Source: Nitrospinales bacterium (GTDB taxonomy: Bacteria; Nitrospinota; Nitrospinia; Nitrospinales; VA-1). Taken from it: 64,000 nucleotides of DNA. A program made the translations under genes and the position numbers. This document shows positions 18,908 through 31,782 of this stretch, piece by piece. How positions within the stretch are numbered: position 1 is the first letter of the stretch; each line of letters begins with the position of its first letter. The notes beneath the pieces were generated by a model. That model was not told where the DNA came from. It worked only from the letters and a program-made list of their open reading frames with translations, and ran no database searches. The DNA lies in NCBI GenBank assembly GCA_965223795.1, contig CBDCXL010000001.1, positions 96,001-160,000 on the forward strand. The letters are read 5' to 3'.

Positions 18908-20317
18908 ATGAATACCCCGTTGCACAAAGCCCAGGCTGCTGTTTCCCGCATGATCGAAAGCGGCGATCACGTGCTGGCCGCGGTGTCGGGCGGCCCCGAC
19001 TCGGTGTGCCTGCTGCACCTTCTGAACCGCATGAAAGAAGCGGGCGGGTTCCGCCTTTCCGTCGCGCACCTCAACCACGGCGTCCGCGGCGCCGAAGCGG
19101 ACGCGGATGCGCGTTTCGTGAAGGCGCTCGCGCAGGACCTCGGGCTTTCCTTTCACGGCGGAAGCTGCGATGCGAAGCGGGAGCGGGAAAAACTCAAAAC
19201 CTCCTTCCAGGATGCCGCGCGCATCCTGCGCAGCCGGTTTCTCGAATCGACGATGCAGCGCATCGGCGCCGACAAGCTGGCGCTCGGGCACACGGCGGAC
19301 GATCAGGCCGAAACGCTGCTCATGCACCTGCTGCGCGGCAGCGGCCTCAAGGGCCTGGGGGGCATGGAGGCAACGCGCGGCGCACTCGTTCGTCCCCTGA
19401 TCGAATGCAGCCGCGAGGAAGTGTTGCAATTTTTGCGCAGCCACGGACATGCATGGCGGACCGATTCCAGCAATCTGGAAACCGACTACCTGCGGAACCG
19501 GATCCGGCTGGAGCTGATCCCTGAACTGGAAAGTTACAACCCCAACGTGCGGGAGCGTCTGTTCGAGACGGCGCGCATCCTGCGCGAGGACGAGTCGCTG
19601 TTGTCCGAATGGACCGAATCCCGGTTCCGGGACTGTGCCCGGCCGGTGGCGGACGGCTTCGAGCTGGACGCGGACGGGTTCGCACGGCTGCATCCGGCCC
19701 TGCAGAAACGGCTGCTGCGCCGGGCGGTCGCCGGGCTCAACGGCAGCACGCGCAAGATCACCGCGCGTCACATCGACGCGGCGCGAAAGCTCATCCTCGA
19801 AGGCGGGGCCGGCAAGGAAATCCATCTGCCGGACGCGATCACGATCCGCAGGGCGCACGCGATTTTCCGGGTGGAGACGAATCCAAGACGCGCCCGTGGC
19901 ATCCAACACAGTACGGATGTGTTTCAGCCCGTCGATCTTGCGATTCCCGGCACCACCGCCTGGCAGGAAGCGGGGATCGCGTTTCAGACACACATTTCCG
20001 CAAGCGGGAAGCCTGATACCCAGGATCCGCATCTCGCCTGCTTTGATTTTGAATCCACAGGAGAATGTGTCCGTGTGCGGACTTTCCGGCCTGGCGACCG
20101 GTTCGTCCCGCTGGGAATGCAGGGCCGAAAAAAGGTGAAATCTTTCTTCATTGATGAGAAAATCCCTAGAGCATTCCGGCGCGCCATCCCCATCTTGACG
20201 ACCGGGACCGGCGATATTATCTGGATTTACGGCAAGCGAATTTCCGAGCGCCACCGGGTGACGGAACGCACGAAGCGTGTTTTATGGATCAAAGGGGTTG
20301 AAATTTCGGGCGTTTAG
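18908..20317 (+). CDS. tilS: tRNA(Ile)-lysidine synthetase
   Basis: AVSGGPDS, HLNHGVR, GHTADDQAET, RNRIR, TilS C-terminal domain. Confidence 0.95.
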   Translation: MNTPLHKAQAAVSRMIESGDHVLAAVSGGPDSVCLLHLLNRMKEAGGFRLSVAHLNHGVRGAEADADARFVKALAQDLGLSFHGGSCDAKREREKLKTSFQDAARILRSRFLESTMQRIGADKLALGHTADDQAETLLMHLLRGSGLKGLGGMEATRGALVRPLIECSREEVLQFLRSHGHAWRTDSSNLETDYLRNRIRLELIPELESYNPNVRERLFETARILREDESLLSEWTESRFRDCARPVADGFELDADGFARLHPALQKRLLRRAVAGLNGSTRKITARHIDAARKLILEGGAGKEIHLPDAITIRRAHAIFRVETNPRRARGIQHSTDVFQPVDLAIPGTTAWQEAGIAFQTHISASGKPDTQDPHLACFDFESTGECVRVRTFRPGDRFVPLGMQGRKKVKSFFIDEKIPRAFRRAIPILTTGTGDIIWIYGKRISERHRVTERTKRVLWIKGVEISGV

Positions 20318-20402
20318 CTGTCGAAGAATCGGCACCCTTCACCTGGCAATTGTGTTAAACTAAAGTTCCGGTTGGAATGATTTTTTTATAAAGGAGAAGG
20401 CT

Positions 20403-22337
<1,935 letters not shown>

Positions 22338-22385
22338 GCGGCACGGCAAGGCGGCAGCGTTTCATCCAGTTAATTGCAAAACCAG

Positions 22386-22433
22386 CTCCATCTCTCAGCA
22401 CGGAAACACCGGCTGGGGGATGGAGTTTTTTTT
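22386..22433 (+). terminator. Rho-independent terminator after ftsH
   Basis: ctccatctctcagc / gctgggggatggag stem followed by T8. Confidence 0.75.
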
Positions 22434-22503
22434 GGCTTGTCCCGCCGCATCTGAGTTACATTAATGCAGTCAATGATCCTGTTATCCGGCTGGGAAAAAA
22501 ATC

Positions 22504-23349
22504 GTGTTCGCTCATTTTGACAACAACCGGAACGGCCGCGCGACCGCCATCATGGGCATCATCAATCTGTCGCCGGATTCGTTTTACGGCAGAAGCCGTG
22601 CCGCTTCGGTGGACGCTGCGGTGAAGCAGGCGGAGACGTTTCTGGAAGAGGGTGCGTCGTATCTGGACATCGGCGCCGAGAGCACCCGGCCGGGTTCGCG
22701 TCCCGTTTCCGAGGATGTGGAAGCGCAGCGCCTGACGCCCGTGGTCGCGCAGATCCGCAAGCGGTTTCAAGCGGTGCCGGTTTCGGTGGACACGTACAAA
22801 CCCTCGGTGGCAGAGCGGGTGCTGGGGGAGGGGGCGTCGATCATCAACGACATCACCGGGCTGCAAAAGCATCCCGCCATGGCGGGGATCGTCAGCCGGT
22901 TCAAGGCGGGGGTGATCCTGATGCACATGCAGGGAACGCCCCGCACCATGCAGGAGCGGCCGGAATACGGCGACCTGATCCGCGACATCGTTGCGTACCT
23001 TGAAAAAAGCATCCGGATTGCGGAGAATGCGGGCATTCCCGCGCAATGCATGATGGTGGACCCCGGCATCGGGTTCGGCAAGCTGCCGGCGCACAACCTG
23101 GAGATCATCCGGCGGCTGCGCGATTTTGCGGTGCTCGGCCGCCCCATCCTGGTGGGCGTGTCGCGCAAATCGTTCATCGGCAAAGTTCTCGACCTGGCGG
23201 TGGACGAGCGGCTGGAAGGCTCGCTGGCGGCGGCGGTGATCGCCGTGATGAACGGCGCCGCGGTGATCCGCACGCACGACGTGGCGGCGACATTTCGGGC
23301 GGTGAAAATGGCCCAGGCAATTCTTAGAATCGAGGAAGGCGTGTCATGA
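22504..23349 (+). CDS. folP: Dihydropteroate synthase
   Basis: MGIINLSPDSF, DIGAESTRPG, DPGIGFGK, SRKSFIG, RTHDV. Confidence 0.96.
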   Translation: MFAHFDNNRNGRATAIMGIINLSPDSFYGRSRAASVDAAVKQAETFLEEGASYLDIGAESTRPGSRPVSEDVEAQRLTPVVAQIRKRFQAVPVSVDTYKPSVAERVLGEGASIINDITGLQKHPAMAGIVSRFKAGVILMHMQGTPRTMQERPEYGDLIRDIVAYLEKSIRIAENAGIPAQCMMVDPGIGFGKLPAHNLEIIRRLRDFAVLGRPILVGVSRKSFIGKVLDLAVDERLEGSLAAAVIAVMNGAAVIRTHDVAATFRAVKMAQAILRIEEGVS

Positions 23350-24077
23350 CAAGACTGTTCGTCAATGTGGACCACGTGGCCACGATCCGCGAAGCGCGCA
23401 AGACCACGGAACCAGACCCGGTGGAGGCGGCGCTGCTTGCGGAGAAGGCCGGCGCCGACGGCATCACCGTGCACCTTAGGGAGGACCGCAGGCACATTCA
23501 GGATCACGACCTGAGCCGGATCGCCGCGAAAATAAAAACGCCGCTCAACCTGGAGATGGCTCCGGTCGAAGAGATGGTCGAGATCGCTCTTTCGGAGCGG
23601 CCCTTTCAAGTATCGCTGGTGCCGGAGAAGCGGCAGGAGATCACCACAGAAGGCGGGCTCGACGTCCGCTCCCAGGAAGCGCACCTGGTTTCCATCCGCG
23701 GCCGCATGCAGTCGGCGGGCATCCGCTTCAGCCTGTTCGTGGACCCGGAACCCGGACAGATCGAAGCCTGCCAGCGCATCGGGGCGGACAGCATTGAAAT
23801 CAATACCGGCCCCTACTCGGAACTGAAGGAGACGGCGGCTATCCAGCAAGAGGTCGCAAGGATTCAACGCGCCGCCGCGCAGGCGTCCGGCCTGGGACTC
23901 AAGGTGTTCGCGGGGCACGGGCTCAATCCGCAGAACGTGCGCGCCATCGCCGCCATCCGCGAAATCGAAGAGCTCAACATCGGCCACAACCTGGTGGCGC
24001 GTTCGATCTATCTCGGTATGGAGCGGGCGGTCGCGGAAATGATCCGGGCGATCGCGCAGGCAAACGGCGCGCGATGA
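23346..24077 (+). CDS. pdxJ: Pyridoxine 5'-phosphate synthase
   Basis: VNVDHVATIREAR, HLREDRRHI, LVPEKRQEITTEGG, GHGL, ELNIGH. Confidence 0.96.
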   Translation: MTRLFVNVDHVATIREARKTTEPDPVEAALLAEKAGADGITVHLREDRRHIQDHDLSRIAAKIKTPLNLEMAPVEEMVEIALSERPFQVSLVPEKRQEITTEGGLDVRSQEAHLVSIRGRMQSAGIRFSLFVDPEPGQIEACQRIGADSIEINTGPYSELKETAAIQQEVARIQRAAAQASGLGLKVFAGHGLNPQNVRAIAAIREIEELNIGHNLVARSIYLGMERAVAEMIRAIAQANGAR

Positions 24078-24174
24078 AGGGATGATGCGCGTCTGACATT
24101 TTTTATGGAACGAAGCGGCGAAGTTTGCGTTATAATCTCCATTCATCACCCATCCTTAGTCTGGTATCGATTGA

Positions 24175-24969
24175 ATGCACAAGGGGCGTAAGAACTCCAA
24201 CCTCGCGGAAGACAATATAACTGCGCGCGAAAAGGGCCTTCTGACCGTGCGCGAATTTGAACGGGTCGCTCAGACGTTCAAAACCGTGCTGCTTTACAAG
24301 GAGGACGTCGGCAAATCCCTGGAAAGCGAACGCGACGCGCTGCGGCACAAACTGCGGCAGAATTCGTCCAACCTGGAAACGCTGGACCGCAACATCGAGA
24401 TCTACAAACAGAACTGCGAAAAAGTGCATGCCAATCTCGATCAGCTGGACAAGCAGGAACTGAGAATCCGCGATGAATATGAAAAACTGCTGCGCGGCCC
24501 CCGGCTCGACGGGGTGGACACGGAGCAGGCGAGGAACGCTCTGGACCGGGAAACCCTGTTGCTGCGCCGCGACGACCTCATTGAGAACCTGAAGAAGAAG
24601 TTCAGCAAACTCGATGAGGAACTGTTGACCCTGGAAAACCTGCGCAAAGACCTGAACCGGGCCAGCGAGGAGATCGGCGCGAAAAAGATGGAGGCCTTGA
24701 AGCGCAAGGAGGTTCTGGAAGAGATCAATAAAAAAATCTTCGAGGATGTGCGCCGGGTGGAAAAGGAGCTGGACACGACGGTGCAGGAGGAAGCGATTTT
24801 AGTGGAACAGTTCCAGAAAATGGTGGCCAATGTGGAACGCTGCCTGGAAATGGATGAGAAAACCGACCATGTGCTGTTTTCCTCGCTGACCGCGGCCCAG
24901 ACCTCCGTTCCCAACAACAATCACAATAACAACGCCAACAACGGCAGGACGCGGCAGGAACAGGACTGA
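24175..24969 (+). CDS. Hypothetical long coiled-coil protein
   Basis: 264-aa E/K/L-rich heptad ORF with Asn-rich tail. Confidence 0.7.
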   Translation: MHKGRKNSNLAEDNITAREKGLLTVREFERVAQTFKTVLLYKEDVGKSLESERDALRHKLRQNSSNLETLDRNIEIYKQNCEKVHANLDQLDKQELRIRDEYEKLLRGPRLDGVDTEQARNALDRETLLLRRDDLIENLKKKFSKLDEELLTLENLRKDLNRASEEIGAKKMEALKRKEVLEEINKKIFEDVRRVEKELDTTVQEEAILVEQFQKMVANVERCLEMDEKTDHVLFSSLTAAQTSVPNNNHNNNANNGRTRQEQD

Positions 24970-25010
24970 AACCGCGCCTGTTTCATCATCTGTAAGGGAA
25001 AAGGTTCCTG

Positions 25011-25039
25011 TTGACTTGAATTTATAAATTTTGCATAAT
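25011..25039 (+). promoter_or_regulatory. Putative sigma70 promoter
   Basis: TTGACT-N17-CATAAT. Confidence 0.55.
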
Positions 25040-25087
25040 CGGACGAATTTCCGCGCCGGGGGGCGGCTTGAGCCCCGATCGATCAAG

Positions 25088-25115
25088 AGGATACCGTGAG
25101 CGTATCCTTTTTTTT
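25088..25115 (+). terminator. Rho-independent terminator-like hairpin upstream of gap
   Basis: aggatac-cgtgagc-gtatcct followed by a T run. Confidence 0.65.
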
Positions 25116-25262
25116 GACCGAAATTATTTGAAGAATCAGAACTTTTCGTATCTCCCGTCCCGGGATGATCTGTAATCACCGGAACCCAGCATCGATTCCA
25201 CACATCATGGAACCGCTCCATCTTGCAGCAGAGGTGCAGTCCGGACTTTGGAGGTTGACTGC

Positions 25263-26279
<1,017 letters not shown>

Positions 26280-26285
26280 GATGAT

Positions 26286-27044
26286 ATGAGACGACCGATC
26301 ATCGCGGGCAACTGGAAGATGAACCTGCTGCTTCCAGAGGCCGCGGCCCTTGCCGATGAACTGGTTCAGGACGCCGCTCCGCAAAACGTGGACATCGTTG
26401 TGGCGCCTCCGTTCACGGCGTTGGCGCGGGTGGGAGAACGGCTTCAGGGATCGGAGGTTCAGCTTGCCGGGCAAAACATTTATTTTGAATCGAAAGGCGC
26501 GTATACTGGGGAGATTTCCGGTCCCATGCTGATGGATGCGGGCTGCCAATACGTGATCCTGGGACATTCGGAACGCCGGACGTTTTTTTTTGAAGATGAC
26601 GCGCTCATCAACCGGAAGATCTTGGCCGCTCTGAAATTCGGCCTCAAGGTGATCTTCTGTGTCGGGGAAACCCTCAAGCAGCGTGAGGACGGCGCGACCC
26701 GCTTCGTGGTGGAAAACCAGCTTCGCAAAGGGCTGGCGGAACTGACCCCGGAACAGGTAGCGGATCTGGTGATCGCGTATGAGCCCGTCTGGGCCATCGG
26801 CACCGGGCGCAACGCGACCCCGGAGCAGGCGCAGGAAGTGCACCGCTTCTCGCGGGAATTTATTGAGCGTGAATTCGGCAGCCAGGCTGCCGAATCGATC
26901 CGCATTCAGTACGGCGGCAGCGTGAACGCGGACAACAGCGCCGGTCTATTGGGCCAGCAGGACATCGACGGAGCGCTGGTCGGATCGGCCAGCCTGAACG
27001 CGGCGTCGTTTAAAAAAATCATTCAGTCCGCAGTGGGGGACTGA
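26286..27044 (+). CDS. tpiA: Triosephosphate isomerase
   Basis: AGNWKMN, GHSERR, AYEPVWAIGTG, YGGSV. Confidence 0.98.
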   Translation: MRRPIIAGNWKMNLLLPEAAALADELVQDAAPQNVDIVVAPPFTALARVGERLQGSEVQLAGQNIYFESKGAYTGEISGPMLMDAGCQYVILGHSERRTFFFEDDALINRKILAALKFGLKVIFCVGETLKQREDGATRFVVENQLRKGLAELTPEQVADLVIAYEPVWAIGTGRNATPEQAQEVHRFSREFIEREFGSQAAESIRIQYGGSVNADNSAGLLGQQDIDGALVGSASLNAASFKKIIQSAVGD

Positions 27045-27069
27045 AACGAAATGGAGATCGTGAACTAGA

Positions 27070-27399
27070 ATGCATACCCTGTTGACCGTTCTGCATGTGC
27101 TGGGTGCTTTTTTATTGATCATTGTCGTGCTGCTGCAGTCCGGCAAAGGTGCCGCCATGGGCTCCGGACTGGGAGCCGGGAGCAGCCAGACGATGTTCGG
27201 CAGCAGCGGCGCCGGCAATTTCCTCACCAAGATGACCACCGGAATCGCCATATTGTTCATGATCACCTCGCTGGCTCTGGCGACGTTGTCCACGAAAAGG
27301 GAATCGAAATCGATCATGCAGGGTGTGGAGGAACCTCAAAGCGGCAAAGAATCCAAACCTGTGCCCGCACCCCAAGAAGCCGGCGATAAAAAGGAATGA
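27070..27399 (+). CDS. secG: Preprotein translocase subunit SecG
   Basis: [23 protein letters not shown]; canonical position after tpiA. Confidence 0.93.
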   Translation: MHTLLTVLHVLGAFLLIIVVLLQSGKGAAMGSGLGAGSSQTMFGSSGAGNFLTKMTTGIAILFMITSLALATLSTKRESKSIMQGVEEPQSGKESKPVPAPQEAGDKKE

Positions 27400-27416
27400 T
27401 GCGTACAACCAAGTGT

Positions 27417-27498
27417 GCCGATGTGGTGGAACTGGTAGACACGTGCGCTTGAGGGGCGTATGGAGCGATCCGTGGGAGTTCGAATCTCCCCATCGGCA
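27417..27498 (+). tRNA. tRNA-Leu (GAG)
   Basis: GCCGATG/CATCGGC acceptor stem, anticodon arm tgcgc-TTGAGGG-gcgta, long variable arm, GTTCGAATC T-loop; CCA not encoded. Confidence 0.93.
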
Positions 27499-27634
27499 TT
27501 CTCCTCTTTTCAGAGCGGGGGACGCGCATCCAAATCGATTGAACTTGTATCGCTGTAAAACCTGACCCGCGGTTTCCTTCCCCGGCCGTTTCGGCGGCAT
27601 CCACTCTAAACACTCGAACCATTCGGGCGCAAAG

Positions 27635-28636
27635 ATGCCAGGTGAAAAAAACTCATCCAGCGAATTTCAGGAACGGATCTCCCGTCTTTTGCTTGTCTGC
27701 ATCGATGGCATGAAAGGCCTCCTCACCCGGGAGGACGCGCTGTATTCGACGCTGAACAAGCTGGGGGAGGTGGTGAAAAAGGCCACCCGCCCCAAACCGG
27801 TGACGGGCATCGGCAAGGACATCGAGGACTATTACACCCGGCTCAAGCTGGAAACGAGTTTCCAGGAAACCAAAAACGAAACGGTCAAGCAGATCGTCGT
27901 CAATCTATCAGCGACACTCAAAGAGATGGTTTCCGCCAGCGGCGATTTCGACGCGAGCATGCAGAAATCCATCGAAAAGATCCAGGCGGCGGGAGACATT
28001 CAGGACATTCTTGCACTCAAGGACGCGATCGTGGGCGAGATCAACCGGGTCCGGGCCGGGTCGCAGTCTTTGAAAAAGGAGCTGGAGCAGTTCCGCAAAT
28101 CGACGCAGACGCTGTCGTCGCGGCTGGAACAGACCGAAGCCAAAGCCCTGGTGGACACGCTGACCAATGTGCTCAACCGCAACGCGTACAATCTCAAGAT
28201 CACGCAGATGATCGTCGAGTTCGCCAGAATGAAAGACACCTTCTGCCTGTTCGTGGTCGATATCGACAAATTCAAACAGTTCAACGACACCTACGGGCAC
28301 AAGTCGGGGGACCTCGTTCTTCGGACCGTGGCCTCGGCGATTCAGAGCAACCTGCGCGCGTCGGACCTCGTGTTCCGCTACGGCGGCGAGGAGTTTGTGG
28401 TTCTGTTGCAGGGGGTCCACCTGGACCAGGCCAAACGGCTGGGTGAAAAAATCCGCGCCAGCGTGGAGAAAGAGTATTTCGTGGACAAAGAGAACAAGAT
28501 CCGGGTCACCGTGAGCATCGGGGTGGCGCAGGTGATGGAAGGGGACACGGAACAGTCGCTGTTCGAGCGGGCCGACCAGGCGATGTACGCGGCCAAGAAG
28601 AAGGGCCGAAACCGGGTGGAACTGATCGCCCCATGA
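27635..28636 (+). CDS. Diguanylate cyclase (coiled-coil + GGDEF)
   Basis: DIDKFKQFNDTYGH, I-site RASD, RYGGEEF. Confidence 0.93.
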   Translation: MPGEKNSSSEFQERISRLLLVCIDGMKGLLTREDALYSTLNKLGEVVKKATRPKPVTGIGKDIEDYYTRLKLETSFQETKNETVKQIVVNLSATLKEMVSASGDFDASMQKSIEKIQAAGDIQDILALKDAIVGEINRVRAGSQSLKKELEQFRKSTQTLSSRLEQTEAKALVDTLTNVLNRNAYNLKITQMIVEFARMKDTFCLFVVDIDKFKQFNDTYGHKSGDLVLRTVASAIQSNLRASDLVFRYGGEEFVVLLQGVHLDQAKRLGEKIRASVEKEYFVDKENKIRVTVSIGVAQVMEGDTEQSLFERADQAMYAAKKKGRNRVELIAP

Positions 28637-28647
28637 CCGGATGAAGC

Positions 28648-29025
28648 ATGACGGGCGATAGCAAAGAGCAGGTGCTCGGGCACAGCCGGGCGTGGATCGA
28701 CAGTTTCAACCGCGGCGACGTCGATGCCTGTGTGGCGGCGTACCGGCCCGGCGCGGTGATCAACGCCAAACCTCTGGGAACGTTTAAGGGCCGGGATGAG
28801 ATCGACGGCTTCTGGCGTCCTTTCATGCAGTCCGGCGCCGGGGATCTCAAGTACAGCGACGTCCGGCTCGAAGTGATCGATGCGGACACGGTGCACCTTG
28901 CGGCGAACTGGTCGATGAACGTGGGAAGGGGCGTCATCACCCTGGAAAAATGGGTGCGGGAAGCGGATGGAATCTGGCATCTCGCACAGGATGACTTCGA
29001 GATCCAGGAACGTTTCGAATCCTGA
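28648..29025 (+). CDS. NTF2/SnoaL-like fold protein
   Basis: W..SFNRGDVDAC.AAY..A, GRDEI..FW, W...DG.W pattern. Confidence 0.75.
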   Translation: MTGDSKEQVLGHSRAWIDSFNRGDVDACVAAYRPGAVINAKPLGTFKGRDEIDGFWRPFMQSGAGDLKYSDVRLEVIDADTVHLAANWSMNVGRGVITLEKWVREADGIWHLAQDDFEIQERFES

Positions 29026-29098
29026 GTGCATTGCAGAAAGACCGCAGCCGAATCCGGCGGGCAAACGCCCGGACCGCCAATGGTAAATAACAAAATAT

Positions 29099-29482
29099 GT
29101 GACCGGGCCGGTTCCCGCTTTCTCCATGCAGGAAAACACACTTGAGGGATTGTTCTTAAATCCGGGGTTCATCTCGGTCTTCGTCGTCATTCTCATCACG
29201 ATCGGCAACATCATGATCGGGGTGAGCATGCTTCCCCGCGACAAACGCAAAACCCGCTACCGGTTGCATAAGAATATCTATTTTGTCGTCCTCGCCTGTT
29301 TCGCGGCGCACCTGGGCATCAATTTTTCTCAGGATCGGAACACCTGGTTCCACTACGCCGTCTTTGTCTATTTCCTGGCGGTGATCCCGCTCAGTCCCCG
29401 CTCCAACGAAACGCTGCACGCGATCCTCGCCTCGGTGGGGCTGGTGCTGCTCACCGCCCTGGCGACGCTCAATCTCGCTTGA
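29099..29482 (+). CDS. Small four-TM membrane protein
   Basis: Hydrophobic helices with His residues; start uncertain. Confidence 0.6.
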   Translation: MTGPVPAFSMQENTLEGLFLNPGFISVFVVILITIGNIMIGVSMLPRDKRKTRYRLHKNIYFVVLACFAAHLGINFSQDRNTWFHYAVFVYFLAVIPLSPRSNETLHAILASVGLVLLTALATLNLA

Positions 29483-29628
29483 CGAAATTATAATAAAGCT
29501 ATAGAAATCAATTATTTATGATTTCAACGGCAGCGGAGGCCGGGCTCTAAAATTCAGCGTTGCCGAGATTGCGGTGGCGTGGAAGAGTGTGCTTTAATGA
29601 TGGTGTAACGCATCCCTAAAAGGAAATC

Positions 29629-30981
29629 ATGGAACGGTTTGACGTGATTGTCGTGGGCGGAGGGATCGCCGGTGTCTCCGCCGCGTTGCGGGCGGCGGAT
29701 CTGAATGGCCGCGTGTGCCTGATCGAGCGCGAACGGATCGGCGGCAGCTACCTGAAACGGGGCCTGTACCGCCAGCAGCGGGCGCTGCACCTCGCTCACT
29801 CCCGGTCCGATTCGGGCGGCGCTAAAACGTCTTCCAACGGCTGGTTCGCCCGGTCCAGCGAAGGCGCGGATCAGGTGTCGGAAAGCTGGAAGCAGGCGCT
29901 GCTGCAGCAGGGCGTGCACCTTGAGCCGGGTTCCGCGGAAGTGGCTGATGCCGGCACCGTGCGGGTGAACCAGGGCGAAACGAAAGTCACGCTGCAAACG
30001 AAGTCCCTCATCCTGGCGACCGGATCCTCTCCCACCGCGCCCGCCACCATCCCGTTTGAAGAGAACCGCATTCTCGCTCCCGATGAGGTGTACGGACTCA
30101 CGGACGTGCCCGCTCAGGTGCTGATCCTGGGAGCGGGCCGGGAAGGGTGCGAGCTGGCGACGCTGTACAACCGGCTGGGCAGCCGCACGTTTCTGTGCGA
30201 CGAGCGGCCGCGCCTGCTGCCCGATTGCGACCCGGAACTGGGGGCGGTGATCGAGCGGGAGATGAAGAGCCGCAAGTTCAAGTTGCTGCTCGGCAAAAAG
30301 GTGGTGTCCATCTTCAAGAACGGGGATGCGATCGACGTGTCGCTCGACGGCGGCGTGAAATTTTCCGTCGATCAGATCGTGATCGCCGGCCGCCGCAAGG
30401 CCCGTTCGGAATGCCTGCCCGCCGGGGCGCTGGGCGTGCGTCTGGGCGAGTCCGGCGAGGTGCTGGTCGATGAGACGATGGCGTCTTCGGCTGCGGGAAT
30501 CTATGCGGTGGGCAGCGTGACCGGGCAGGCGCACAGTGTCAGCGCGGTTGAGGAAGCGGGCAGGGTGGCGGCGAGCAACGCGATGGGGAAACCCCGCAAA
30601 TTCGATGCGGACTGGATGCCGGAAATCCTGTTCACCGATCCGCAGGCGGCCAGTGTGGGCTGCTTTGCGGCGGAGGCGCACCACAAGGGGTTTCGCGCCG
30701 TCGAAGGACGCTGTGATTACGGTGACATCGATCATGCGCGCATCCACGGCAACTCCGGCGGTTTTTTCAAGATCGCCGCCGACAAAGTGTCGCGCAAGGT
30801 CATCGGCGCGCAGGTGGTCGCGCCCCAGGCTTCCGAGTTTATGCCATTGATATTGCTAATGATAAAAAAAGGGATGGCGGTCACCGCCTTGACTGGGCTA
30901 TCCTGTTCGCCCACCGACCAATTCAGAGGCATTCGCGAGGCCGCGAGAGACTGCGTGCGGGTCCTTAAATCAAAGGGCTGA
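29629..30981 (+). CDS. Dihydrolipoamide dehydrogenase-like FAD/NAD(P) oxidoreductase lacking the redox CxxxxC
   Basis: GGGIAG FAD motif, ATGS, GAGREG, dimerisation domain; GGSYLKRGLY replaces GGTCxxxGC. Confidence 0.8.
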   Translation: MERFDVIVVGGGIAGVSAALRAADLNGRVCLIERERIGGSYLKRGLYRQQRALHLAHSRSDSGGAKTSSNGWFARSSEGADQVSESWKQALLQQGVHLEPGSAEVADAGTVRVNQGETKVTLQTKSLILATGSSPTAPATIPFEENRILAPDEVYGLTDVPAQVLILGAGREGCELATLYNRLGSRTFLCDERPRLLPDCDPELGAVIEREMKSRKFKLLLGKKVVSIFKNGDAIDVSLDGGVKFSVDQIVIAGRRKARSECLPAGALGVRLGESGEVLVDETMASSAAGIYAVGSVTGQAHSVSAVEEAGRVAASNAMGKPRKFDADWMPEILFTDPQAASVGCFAAEAHHKGFRAVEGRCDYGDIDHARIHGNSGGFFKIAADKVSRKVIGAQVVAPQASEFMPLILLMIKKGMAVTALTGLSCSPTDQFRGIREAARDCVRVLKSKG

Positions 30982-31117
30982 GCGTGTCAAAATGGAAACG
31001 ATATCCGGTCTTGACTCGATTTTTCAATTGTGTTAAAAACCAACTCTTTGAATAGAAATGGTACGGCTGGGTCTCTCTGCGGACTCAGCCCATTATATTG
31101 ATAAATTAAGGTTTAAA

Positions 31118-31696
31118 ATGGCTGAAGCGAACGAATCCGCAAAGGCGCAACCCGCCAAGGAAGGGGCCAAAGCCAAAGGCAAATCCAAGGATAAAAAGAA
31201 CGAGCCGGTTGACAATCTATGGTCACGGCGCGACTTCTTTTCCTGGGCGGGCTGGGCTAGTTTTCTGACGGCTTTCGGGCTGTCCAATCTGTATTTTCTG
31301 CGTCTTCTCTTTCCGCGCGTTCTATTCGAACCCTCTCCGATTTTCAAAGCCGGCAATCCCGAAGATTACACGGTGGGCGAAGTGAGCACCAAGTGGGTGA
31401 ATGACCAGCGTGTGTGGATTGTGCGGGATAATGAAGGCATTTATGCGATCTTTGCGCTCTGCACGCATCTTGGCTGCACCCCGCGCTGGCTGAAGACGGA
31501 AAGCAAGTACAAATGTCCCTGTCACGGCAGCGGTTTCACGAAAGAGGGGATTCACTTTGAAGGTCCGGCACCACGGCCTTTGGAGCGCCTGAAGATCGGC
31601 CTCGATCCCAACGGACAGATCGAAATCGATAAGAGTAAAAAATTCCTGTATGAAAAAGACGAGTGGGGCAAACCGGGCGCCAAACTGATGGTCTGA
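31118..31696 (+). CDS. Cytochrome bc complex Rieske iron-sulfur subunit
   Basis: Tat-like SRRDFF, CTHLGC, CPCHGS, GPAPRPL. Confidence 0.95.
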   Translation: MAEANESAKAQPAKEGAKAKGKSKDKKNEPVDNLWSRRDFFSWAGWASFLTAFGLSNLYFLRLLFPRVLFEPSPIFKAGNPEDYTVGEVSTKWVNDQRVWIVRDNEGIYAIFALCTHLGCTPRWLKTESKYKCPCHGSGFTKEGIHFEGPAPRPLERLKIGLDPNGQIEIDKSKKFLYEKDEWGKPGAKLMV

Positions 31697-31782
31697 TTTG
31701 GTGCTTTTTATCTGGAATGTCTCCGGAAATTTTTTATACACTGATTCCCGATCACAGACTCCCCAATAGGAGGATTTGAGTT

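Noticed and set aside
22410..22470. Fluoride-riboswitch-like GGGGATGGAGT upstream of folP
   Set aside because: Fully explained as the 3' arm of the ftsH terminator hairpin; downstream gene is not fluoride-related
27417..29482. Genomic island integrated at tRNA-Leu
   Set aside because: No integrase, no duplicated tRNA 3' end noticed, and downstream genes have host-like composition
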